A stretch of DNA of 48,749 nucleotides from contig CAZLKQ010000001.1 in assembly GCA_964560175.1 (NCBI GenBank), positions 1-48,749 of the forward strand. Direction: 5' to 3'. Source of the DNA: an uncultured Candidatus Saccharibacteria bacterium (lineage in GTDB: Bacteria > Patescibacteriota > Saccharimonadia > Saccharimonadales > CAZLKQ01). Shown here piece after piece: positions 1-8,087 of this stretch (position 1 is the first letter of the stretch; every line of letters starts with the position of its first letter). The position numbers and the translations under genes were made by a program. The notes below the pieces were generated by a model that did no database searches, was not told the origin of the DNA, and saw only the letters and a program-made list of their open reading frames with translations.

Positions 1-72
1 AAGACACTGGCGATGAGTGTGATAATTTCGATCATATAATTACCTACCCAGTCTACACCAAACTAGCTGTGA

Positions 73-1407
73 TTACTTCTTCAAAAAGTGATTGAGGGTG
101 TCGCGGAGCGAACGGACGGCGTGGTGAGAGGCCGGTGATTTGCTAAAAGCTGGCCCGATAGTAGATTTGAAATTCAATTTTTTAGCTTCGCTGAGCCGTC
201 TTTCTATCTGGGGTACATGGCGGATTTCGCCAGACAGACCGACTTCGCCGAAAACCACCGCATCCTGTTTCAAACTCAGACCTTTGGCAGCCGAGGCTAT
301 GGCCATGCAGACTGCCAGATCGGCGGCCGGCTCGCTGATCTTCAGCCCGCCGACGATATTTACGAAAACGTCAGACGACGACAAGTCCAGAGCCGTTCGT
401 TGGTTCAGAACCGCGACCAATAAATTCAAGCGATTGAGGTCAATGCCCGAAGCAGTCCGCTTCGGATAGCCAAAAGGACTTTTGGACACCAAAGCCTGGA
501 CTTCGACCAACAGCGCCCGGCTACCTTCGACGGTAGCCAGGACGATCGAGCCGTCTGAGACTTGGCGTTCAGCTAGCAGCAGCGCCGACGGGTTGCTGAC
601 TTCCTCCAGACCGGCCTCGGACATGTCGAAAATGCCGATTTCGTTGGTGGACCCGAATCGGTTTTTGGCTGAGCGCAGGACTTTCAGCCCGCCATAGCGG
701 TCGCCCTCCAGGCTCAAGACGACGTCGACCATGTGTTCCAACAGCTTTGGTCCGGCGATCTGGCCTTCTTTGGTGACATGTCCGACGATTACAACTGAGG
801 TTTTGGCGCCTTTGGCGGCCGACATTATCATCTGAGTTGAGTTGGTAACTTGCGATGGAGAGCCGATAGTTGTGCCGATCTCATCGACAGACATGGTCTG
901 GATCGAGTCGACAACCACTAGGTCATATTGGTTGGAGCTGATGGTGGCGGCAATATCGTTGGTCCGGTTGCTGGCGGCCAGGCCGAAATCAGTTTTGATC
1001 TTTAGCCGGTCAGCTCGCAACATGATCTGGTGGGCCGATTCCTCGCCGCTGACATATAGCACTTTCTTGTCCTTCGCCAGGCTGCCGACAATTTGCAGCA
1101 GCAGAGTTGATTTACCAATCCCCGGCTCTCCAGTCAATAAGGTTAGACTACCCGGCACCAAACCTCCGCCCAGCACTGTATCGAGTCCTGATATGCCAGT
1201 TTGCAGTCGGCCTTTCTGCTCTTTGTTGGACAAAGTTTTTAGATCTATTGGTTCGAGTTTATGGCCTGATGAGGACTTTGGTCCGGATTTCGACTCGTGA
1301 AAGACAACAAGCGTGTTCCACTCGCCGCAACTGGCGCATTTGCCGGCCCATTTTGGAAACGACTCACCACAGCTATTGCAAACATAAGTTGTTGTCGATT
1401 TCGCCAT
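73..1407 (-). CDS. radA: DNA repair protein RadA/Sms
   Basis: N-terminal C4 zinc finger (CNSCGESFPKWAGKCASCGEWNT), Walker A GEPGIGKST, KNRFG motif, Lon-like C-terminal domain; 444 aa. Confidence 0.93.
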   Translation of the reverse strand: MAKSTTTYVCNSCGESFPKWAGKCASCGEWNTLVVFHESKSGPKSSSGHKLEPIDLKTLSNKEQKGRLQTGISGLDTVLGGGLVPGSLTLLTGEPGIGKSTLLLQIVGSLAKDKKVLYVSGEESAHQIMLRADRLKIKTDFGLAASNRTNDIAATISSNQYDLVVVDSIQTMSVDEIGTTIGSPSQVTNSTQMIMSAAKGAKTSVVIVGHVTKEGQIAGPKLLEHMVDVVLSLEGDRYGGLKVLRSAKNRFGSTNEIGIFDMSEAGLEEVSNPSALLLAERQVSDGSIVLATVEGSRALLVEVQALVSKSPFGYPKRTASGIDLNRLNLLVAVLNQRTALDLSSSDVFVNIVGGLKISEPAADLAVCMAIASAAKGLSLKQDAVVFGEVGLSGEIRHVPQIERRLSEAKKLNFKSTIGPAFSKSPASHHAVRSLRDTLNHFLKK

Positions 1408-1460
1408 TAAGTTGAATTATAACTCACGCCAGATTGTATCGACTAACTCTACAGTTCTGG

Positions 1461-1573
1461 CCATTTTCCATTAGCCATTCACCATTTTCCATACGTTTTC
1501 TGTTTTCCGTTTCCCATGGAGGATGGCTTACGGTCAATGTACGGTGAATGGTAAACGGTAAATGGTGAACGGG
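1461..1573. repeat. Palindromic element with heptamer-repeat arms: (CCATTNN)n left, (NNAATGG)n right, CCATGG centre
   Basis: ccatttt ccattag ccattca ccatttt ccatacg ... cccatgg ... gtgaatg gtaaacg gtaaatg gtgaacg; lies between two co-oriented minus-strand genes. Confidence 0.8.
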
Positions 1574-1574
1574 A

Positions 1575-2552
1575 CTATAGCTCAGATCTGGAATTCAGGG
1601 CATTTGTCAGGTCGATCTGGTAGGTGGCCAGTTCGTTGTATCGGGCGACAGCTGCCCGGTAACTGGCGACGTGGCTGTTGTAGCGGGCAATGTCAGCATT
1701 GTAAGACCGGACCAGAGCATTGTGTTGTGGCACCAGACTGTTGTACTGGCTAGTCTCGCCTTGGTCAGATAAAGCTTGCAGCCGTCTTTCGCTGGCTTCG
1801 ATGGCAGCTTTTTTGCTATCCAGGGCTGATGCTTCGGCTTGTAGTCGAGTGTAGTCGTCGTCGATTTGTTGTTTCAGGGAGGTTAGTTCATTTTCATTGG
1901 CTTCAAAAACCGCCTCATATGAATCATAAAGACTGACGATTTGCTGACGGTCGGAGAAGTAGCGTGAGTAATATTTCTCCAGCGCCGGTGGGATGTCGTG
2001 GACTTCAGTCGGTACAATCGAGTGCAGCTCATTTGTTATATCAGTTTCGTTAGTTCCGGCATCGCGGTAGCGCTGGATGATCTCAGCCAAATGAGTGTCT
2101 GTTGTGGTAGCCAAAACTTGGCGTAATTGCTCGCCCAAGTCGCGTTGCTCGTCGGGCGACAATCTGACCCAGGCGCCGTGAAGCATTTCATGAGCGGCTG
2201 TTACCGGCTCAGCCGCCTCGATTTCTGGCAGAGTGATATCTAGTAAATATATTCTGTCGCCGTCGTAGCAGCCGATGACAAAAGCTTGTTCCTTGAAATT
2301 GCAGTTTTGATTAAATACTTGCTTGTCGTTGAGCCCGGGCAAGGAAGCGTAGAAAATGTCTCGGCCACGGCTCGTTAGGGTCGTTTCAGTTGCTAAACTG
2401 GCAAAGAATTCGGTCGGTTGGTAACTTTGCAGTCGCCACCAATCCTTTATTCCGTATCTGATTTGGGTGCTATGACCGAGTACAAACCAAACTGAGAGCA
2501 GAAATATTGGCCAAAAAATCAGCCGCCCGAAGAATTTAGCTCGACTAGTCAT
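1575..2552 (-). CDS. Membrane-anchored protein with HExxH motif (putative zinc metalloprotease) and C-terminal coiled coil
   Basis: N-terminal TM helix (LIFWPIFLLSVWFVLG), AAHEMLHGAW, C-terminal (R/S)YNxxxA heptad repeats (RSYNADIA RYNSHVA SYRAAVA RYNELAT); family not recognised. Confidence 0.5.
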   Translation of the reverse strand: MTSRAKFFGRLIFWPIFLLSVWFVLGHSTQIRYGIKDWWRLQSYQPTEFFASLATETTLTSRGRDIFYASLPGLNDKQVFNQNCNFKEQAFVIGCYDGDRIYLLDITLPEIEAAEPVTAAHEMLHGAWVRLSPDEQRDLGEQLRQVLATTTDTHLAEIIQRYRDAGTNETDITNELHSIVPTEVHDIPPALEKYYSRYFSDRQQIVSLYDSYEAVFEANENELTSLKQQIDDDYTRLQAEASALDSKKAAIEASERRLQALSDQGETSQYNSLVPQHNALVRSYNADIARYNSHVASYRAAVARYNELATYQIDLTNALNSRSEL

Positions 2553-2578
2553 GCTCTGATTATAAAACGTTTTAACTT

Positions 2579-2605
2579 TTTACAACTATAAACGAGTGCT
2601 ACAAT
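2579..2605 (+). promoter_or_regulatory. Candidate extended -10 promoter for tyrS, implying a leaderless mRNA
   Basis: TTTACA, 15-nt spacer, TGcTACAAT; the -10 ends 7 nt before the tyrS ATG at 2613 and no SD is present. Confidence 0.4.
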
Positions 2606-2612
2606 CTGTTGT

Positions 2613-3764
2613 ATGAGTAAAGACATCTTGAGTCGAAGAGTTGCAAAGGTGCTGCCTGACCCCAAAGGTCTAGAGAAACTAATGTCAAAACGTAAAATCA
2701 AGCTTTATCAAGGCTTTGACCCGACTGGCACTAGGCTGCATCTGGGACATTCCGTCGGCCTGCGCAAATTGATGGAGTTTGCTAGAGCCGGCCACGAAGT
2801 AATTTTCCTGTTTGGTACTGGTACGGTATTGGTCGGCGATCCCAGTTTGCGCGAACATGCCAGGGAACTGATCACCGAAGAGACAATTGAGAAAAATATC
2901 ACCGACTGGAAGAAACAGGCTGCTAAAATCGTCGACTTTGACAAGGTAAAAATTCTCAAAAATGGCGACTGGCTGACCAAACTGACGATAAAGGACATTA
3001 TCAAGATTGGTAGCCAGATCAGCGCTATCCAGCTTTTTAAACGCGAGAGTTTCAATCGCCGCTTAGAGGCCGGTGATACAGTTTGGTTCCACGAGACGAT
3101 GTACCCATTGCTTCAGGGCTACGACTCGGTGGTGATGGATGTCGATCTGGAGATCGGCGGCACCGACCAGGAATTCAACATGTTGATGGGCCGCGAATTG
3201 CAAAAGAAGATGAACAATCGTGAGAAATGGGTGCTTGAGACGCCGATGATCGTCGGCACTGATGGCAAGCCGATGAGTAAAACCAGTGGCAACTGCGTTT
3301 GGTTAGATGACGAACCAAGTGAAATGTATGGCAAACTGATGCGACTACCCGATGAGCACATTTGGCAATATCTCGAGCTGGTAACCGATCTGGACGGTGC
3401 TCAGATCAAAAAACTTGAATCGGCCAACGATCCCCGGGCCGCCAAAGCCCGGCTGGCCCGTGAAGTTGTCAGTATTTATCACTCCAAAAAAGCCGCTGAT
3501 GAAGCCGCTTCGGGTTTTGACAGTCAATTCAAAAAAGGCGAATTGCCAGACAAAATCCAAGAAGTGCAACTGGCAACTAGCAACTGGCAACTGGATGAGC
3601 TCCTAGTAAAAGCCGGCTTAACTAGTAGTAAATCAGAAGCTCGCCGGCTGGTCGCTCAGGGTGGCGTTCGTTTGAACCAGAAAAAGTTGGAAACTGAAGA
3701 AGTGAAAATAACCAGAGGCGATGTCCTGCAGGTGGGCAAACGCAAATTCGTCCGCATCAAGTAA
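2613..3764 (+). CDS. tyrS: Tyrosyl-tRNA synthetase
   Basis: Class I motifs HLGH and KMSKT; C-terminal S4-like domain (SKSEARRLVAQGGVRLN); 383 aa. Confidence 0.88.
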   Translation: MSKDILSRRVAKVLPDPKGLEKLMSKRKIKLYQGFDPTGTRLHLGHSVGLRKLMEFARAGHEVIFLFGTGTVLVGDPSLREHARELITEETIEKNITDWKKQAAKIVDFDKVKILKNGDWLTKLTIKDIIKIGSQISAIQLFKRESFNRRLEAGDTVWFHETMYPLLQGYDSVVMDVDLEIGGTDQEFNMLMGRELQKKMNNREKWVLETPMIVGTDGKPMSKTSGNCVWLDDEPSEMYGKLMRLPDEHIWQYLELVTDLDGAQIKKLESANDPRAAKARLAREVVSIYHSKKAADEAASGFDSQFKKGELPDKIQEVQLATSNWQLDELLVKAGLTSSKSEARRLVAQGGVRLNQKKLETEEVKITRGDVLQVGKRKFVRIK

Positions 3765-3794
3765 CCTTTATGTCATCCGTGGCATAATCAAGCC

Positions 3795-5822
3795 ATGGAG
3801 TTAAGCAATCAGGTTATTTTGATCAAGGGTGTTGGCGAGTCATTGGCCAGCGATCTGGATTCAGTCGGTATCAAAACTGTTGCTGATCTGCTGCTATATG
3901 TTCCGCGTCGCTACGACGATTACTCAAAGGTTGTCGCTACCAACGTCGCCAAACCCGGTCCGGTAACCATCAAAGGCCAGATCGAGAAAGTCTCCCAGCG
4001 CTATGTCCGCCGCGGTTTGCATGTGACCGAAGCGGTGATCAAAGATGGCACCGGCCGGCTCAAGATGGTCTGGTTCAATCAGCCTTACCGGGCGGCTAGC
4101 CTACCCAGAGACACAGAAGTTTATGTGTCCGGGCAGCTGGAGAGAATTAGTCAAGGTTTCGCGATTTCCCATCCTGGAGTCGAGAAGGTCAGCTCTTTCA
4201 CCAAAAATACCGCCCGCATAGTGCCAGTCTATCCCGAGACCAGACGCATCGGATCAGCCAGAATCCGCCAATTGATAGCCGTCGTTTTGCAATCAAAAAT
4301 CAGCCTGCCCGAGATTTTGCCAAAAAGTTTGGTAAATGATTTCGGTTTGCTGCCATGGCGAGAGGCCATCCAGACTATTCATTTTCCGAAAACTTTGGAG
4401 ATGGCCGAGCAGGCCCGCTGGCGACTGGGTTTTGATGAACTGCTAAGTCTTATGCTGGCGCACGCCTTGCTGAAGCGCCAACTCGGCGAGCTCAAGAGTC
4501 CAAAGATTCCATTTGATGAAAAGTTAGCCAAAAGCTTTGTGGCCAGTTTGCCATTCAAGCTAACTGATGCCCAGAGGCGGGCAGCTTGGGAAATATTAGG
4601 CGACGTACAGAAGGTTCATCCCATGAACCGACTACTGGAAGGCGACGTCGGCAGCGGCAAGACCGTTGTCGCTGCATTCGTAGCTCTGATGGCCCAACGG
4701 GCTAGTTTCCAGACCGCCGTCATGGCACCGACTGAAGTGCTGGCCAACCAGCACTATCAGACTTTTAAGGATTTGCGCAAAACCTTAAAAGTTAAAATTG
4801 AAATTTTGACGGGCTCAACTAAGACAGCCGAGCGCAAAAAAATCTTAGACGGCGTGGCAGATGGTTCGGTAGATATGCTCATCGGCACCCACGCTTTGAT
4901 CCAAAAAGGTGTCGACTTCAAAAATCTCGGACTGGTCGTAGTCGATGAACAACACCGTTTTGGTGTCCGCCAGCGCCAGGCCTTGGTCGGCAAAAGCCAC
5001 TTGGTGCCCCACGTGCTGAGCATGACGGCCACGCCAATTCCGCGCAGCCTGATGTTGACGGTCTACGGTGAGCTTGACGTGTCGATCCTCGATGAACTGC
5101 CTCCAGGCAGGCAAGCCATTGACACCAAAGTTATCTCCAACCGCGCCCGCGATTCGATCTACGCCAAGATAGATCAGCAGATTGAGGATGGCCGGCAGGT
5201 GTATGTGATTTGCCCGCTGGTTGAAGATTCGGACTTTTTAGGTGTCAAATCAGCGACCTCAGAATTTGAAAAGCTGCAAAAGACCGTTTTTGCCCACCGC
5301 AAAATTGGACTGTTGCATGGCCGGTTGAAGGCGGATGATAAAACTAAAATCCTGGATAGTTTCAAAAAAGGCCAAATCGAATTGCTGGTTAGCACGACAG
5401 TCGTCGAAGTTGGCGTCGATGTGCCAAATGCCACCATCATGATGGTCGAGGGCAGCGAACGGTTCGGCCTGGCTCAGTTGCACCAACTGCGCGGTCGGGT
5501 CGGTCGGGGCAAACATAAAAGTTATTGTTACCTTTTTACCAGCGCTGACATGAAATCCCGCGAACGACTGCGTTATCTCGAGCGCACAAGCAATGGTTTT
5601 GAGCTAGCCGAGGCTGACCTGCAACTGCGCGGACCAGGTGAGATATATGGCACTGTCCAACACGGCGAGCTGGACCTTCGGATCGCCAAACTGACTGACA
5701 TGAAACTGGTGTCAACTACTCAAAAAGCCGTCAAAGAATTTATTGCTGAGTATGATCTGAAGGATTATCCAGAACTTGCCGGGAGAGTCCATATGCAGCA
5801 AACGGTTGCCCACCTGCTTTAG
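3795..5822 (+). CDS. recG: ATP-dependent DNA helicase RecG
   Basis: Helicase motifs GDVGSGKT, DEQHRFG, TATPIPR, QLRGRVGRG; N-terminal wedge/OB region; 675 aa. Confidence 0.92.
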   Translation: MELSNQVILIKGVGESLASDLDSVGIKTVADLLLYVPRRYDDYSKVVATNVAKPGPVTIKGQIEKVSQRYVRRGLHVTEAVIKDGTGRLKMVWFNQPYRAASLPRDTEVYVSGQLERISQGFAISHPGVEKVSSFTKNTARIVPVYPETRRIGSARIRQLIAVVLQSKISLPEILPKSLVNDFGLLPWREAIQTIHFPKTLEMAEQARWRLGFDELLSLMLAHALLKRQLGELKSPKIPFDEKLAKSFVASLPFKLTDAQRRAAWEILGDVQKVHPMNRLLEGDVGSGKTVVAAFVALMAQRASFQTAVMAPTEVLANQHYQTFKDLRKTLKVKIEILTGSTKTAERKKILDGVADGSVDMLIGTHALIQKGVDFKNLGLVVVDEQHRFGVRQRQALVGKSHLVPHVLSMTATPIPRSLMLTVYGELDVSILDELPPGRQAIDTKVISNRARDSIYAKIDQQIEDGRQVYVICPLVEDSDFLGVKSATSEFEKLQKTVFAHRKIGLLHGRLKADDKTKILDSFKKGQIELLVSTTVVEVGVDVPNATIMMVEGSERFGLAQLHQLRGRVGRGKHKSYCYLFTSADMKSRERLRYLERTSNGFELAEADLQLRGPGEIYGTVQHGELDLRIAKLTDMKLVSTTQKAVKEFIAEYDLKDYPELAGRVHMQQTVAHLL

Positions 5823-5935
5823 ACCGTTCTCCGTTTGCCATTTACCGTTCACCATGCATCAACCCTTATCAGTTACCCATGGAAAATGGAGAACGGAAAA
5901 CGCATGGAAAGCGGCTAATTGAAAATGGAAAATGG
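5823..5935. repeat. Palindromic heptamer-repeat element of the CCRTT/AAYGG family
   Basis: accgttc tccgttt gccattt accgttc accatgc ... cccatgg ... aatggag aacggaa aacgcat; lies between recG and the next plus-strand ORF. Confidence 0.8.
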
Positions 5936-6785
5936 ATTGGTATACCTTATACTAATCACGATGTACTCAATAATTGGCACCAATAAAATGAATAACTGGC
6001 TCGGTGCCCACCAGAAAATCAATCGGCTGGCTTACCGCGGCCTAAAACAAGTTGTCCTGTGGCAAAACGAACCAGTCCGGGCGCGGTCCAAGTTGTCGAG
6101 TTTTCCAACTCTCAAAGCCATCCAACATTTTGAGGGCAGAAATGGCCCGGATGGACTGAAGATCAAATCACCCGGCTTGCATGAGCCAGAGCATTACTAC
6201 GATCCGCAAGCTGGCGCAGCCTCGCCACTGATTAAACTTTTGTCTGCACATGAGAAAGATTTGGCAGCAGCCTTAAAAGCTAAAAATATTGAAAAAGCGG
6301 CCTTCGAAGCCAGTTGGCTTGCTCATACCCTGGTTGACGGCTTAACGCCAGCTCACCATTACCCGTTTATCGATGAGCTGAGCATAATCCGCGGCGAAGG
6401 CAAAGAGACCCAAGACTCGGTAGCCAAAAAACTGGTCGTCAAAGGCAGTTCTACCAAAGATACCTTGAAAAAGACCTGGAAATTGGTTGGTGCCAAAGGT
6501 TTACTCTCAACCCATATCAATTTTGAGGCCGGTGTCGGTAGCGCCGTGACACCGCTACGGTTGCCACAGGCTGTACCTTCAGGCGTGGAGCTGGCTTTTG
6601 CCCGCAACCACGGCTTGGCGGCTGTTTTCATGGCTTCGGCCGATGCCATCGACCAACTCGAGCTGTACGAGCGCTTTTACCGGAATGGCTGGACTACCAA
6701 GCTTGGCCGCGATGTTCGAAATTTTTTGGTTCCCCAGATGATAAAGACTGTTACATTGGCTTGGCTGCTAGCGCTTGAGAAGTAG
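5919..6785 (+). CDS. Hypothetical protein, start uncertain
   Basis: Long ORF with no family recognised. The first codons lie inside the repeat arm, so ATG 5961 or 5988 is a more likely start. Confidence 0.5.
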   Translation: MKMENGLVYLILITMYSIIGTNKMNNWLGAHQKINRLAYRGLKQVVLWQNEPVRARSKLSSFPTLKAIQHFEGRNGPDGLKIKSPGLHEPEHYYDPQAGAASPLIKLLSAHEKDLAAALKAKNIEKAAFEASWLAHTLVDGLTPAHHYPFIDELSIIRGEGKETQDSVAKKLVVKGSSTKDTLKKTWKLVGAKGLLSTHINFEAGVGSAVTPLRLPQAVPSGVELAFARNHGLAAVFMASADAIDQLELYERFYRNGWTTKLGRDVRNFLVPQMIKTVTLAWLLALEK

Positions 6786-6938
6786 AACCCATTTCAAGAT
6801 AATTTTGTAGGCAGAAAGTGAGACAATTTTGAGCGAAAACCATGAAACACAAGGAAGCATACCCGTAGGTACGGTGACGAGTGGTGAGTGGTTTGCAGCC
6901 AAAATTGACCAGTTTATGGGGCAAAACTTTATTTTGAG

Positions 6939-7493
6939 ATGGGTTCTCTAATGATTAGAATAATTTCTGGTGATTTAAAAGGGCGGAAATTGATCACTCC
7001 AAAAGGTCAGCGGACTCATCCGATGGGTGATCGGGTACGCAGTGGTTTATTCAATGCCTTAGGGGATATCAAGGACTTGATGGTTCTAGATGCTTTCGGA
7101 GGTAGCGGTGCGCTGAGTGTTGAGGCACTGAGTCGCGGAGCTAGCTCAGCCCTAATCATTGAAATAGATGCCCAAGCTCAAGCCGTTATCGAAAAGAATA
7201 TTTTGGTGCTGGGTCTAAGGGGCATTGCTAAATTAGTCAAAGCTAACTGCTCCACTTGGAGCGACCGGAATCCGGAGCAGACTTTTGATCTGGTGTTTGC
7301 TGCCCCGCCTTACGACGATTTGCAGGAAGGCACCCTGCAAAAATTGGTGCGACACGTCAAACCCGGCGGCTTATATATTCTGGATTGGCCTGGTGGCAAG
7401 AAACTGCCAGAACTAGACGGACTTAATTTCATCAAAGAACTGCAATTTGGCGACGCCTGTATCGGCTTCTATCGCAAGGCGGCTATTCAGTAG
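6939..7493 (+). CDS. rsmD: 16S rRNA (guanine966-N2)-methyltransferase RsmD
   Basis: MIRIISGDLKGRKL N-terminus, SAM-binding DAFGGSGALSVEALSRGA, catalytic FAAPPY; alternative start ATG 6951. Confidence 0.85.
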   Translation: MGSLMIRIISGDLKGRKLITPKGQRTHPMGDRVRSGLFNALGDIKDLMVLDAFGGSGALSVEALSRGASSALIIEIDAQAQAVIEKNILVLGLRGIAKLVKANCSTWSDRNPEQTFDLVFAAPPYDDLQEGTLQKLVRHVKPGGLYILDWPGGKKLPELDGLNFIKELQFGDACIGFYRKAAIQ

Positions 7494-7529
7494 TCAGTAG
7501 TGTGTAGTCGGTATGGCTGCAAATATATT

Positions 7530-7558
7530 TTCAAAAGTTCAAAAAAAATAAGTATAAT
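7530..7558 (+). promoter_or_regulatory. Candidate sigma70-type promoter with a leaderless start
   Basis: TTCAAA, 17-nt spacer, TATAAT; the -10 ends 6 nt before ATG 7565 and no SD is present. Confidence 0.45.
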
Positions 7559-7564
7559 ATCACC

Positions 7565-7885
7565 ATGAATCTGACGAATGACGATCTCAAATCAATTAAG
7601 AAAGTTGTAAGCGACTCTATTGACGAGCGAGTCCCTAAGATTATCGATGAACGTGTGCCAAAGATCATTAATGAACAAGTGCCAAAGATTATCAATGAAC
7701 TCGTCCCAGGAATAGTAGCTGATGAGAATGGTGAGGTTACTCAGGACATAATTGGGCATATGTCCACAATGCATCGTGATCTCAAAGCTGATATTGGTCG
7801 AATTGAGTCAAAACTTGATCCGACGATCCACAGACTAGACGATTTAGAGTTCGAATTCAAAAAGTTCAAAGCAAAAACTGCTTAA
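7565..7885 (+). CDS. Small coiled-coil protein with four tandem 9-aa (27-nt) repeats
   Basis: IDERVPKII DERVPKIIN EQVPKIIN ELVPGIV; the N-terminus MNLTNDDLKSIKKVV resembles ORF 38756 (MSLTTTDFQEIRTIV). Confidence 0.6.
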   Translation: MNLTNDDLKSIKKVVSDSIDERVPKIIDERVPKIINEQVPKIINELVPGIVADENGEVTQDIIGHMSTMHRDLKADIGRIESKLDPTIHRLDDLEFEFKKFKAKTA

Positions 7886-7920
7886 TCCCATAATAAATAA
7901 AAGTTCAAGAAACGACTGGT

Positions 7921-8007
7921 TGGTGGGGATGAAAGGACTTGAACCTTCACGAACCGAAGTTCACTAACTCCTGAAGCTAGCGCGTCTACCAATTCCGCCA
8001 CATCCCC
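7921..8007 (-). tRNA. tRNA-Leu(CAG) with encoded CCA
   Basis: Reverse complement GGGGATGTGGCGGAATTGGTAGACGCGCTAGCTTCAGGAGTTAG...GGTTCAAGTCCTTTCATCCCCACCA; cloverleaf with long variable arm; anticodon loop TTCAGGA. Confidence 0.9.
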
Positions 8008-8038
8008 ATATATTTATAGATTCTATATCAGATGAGCG

Positions 8039-8068
8039 TTGTCATAAAGCCTTGAGGGTTGGTATGAT
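8039..8068 (+). promoter_or_regulatory. Candidate promoter for the FAD oxidase gene
   Basis: TTGTCA, 18-nt spacer, TATGAT; GAGGT SD lies before the TTG start at 8088. Confidence 0.4.
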
Positions 8069-8087
8069 GTGTTAATGCTAGAGGTAA

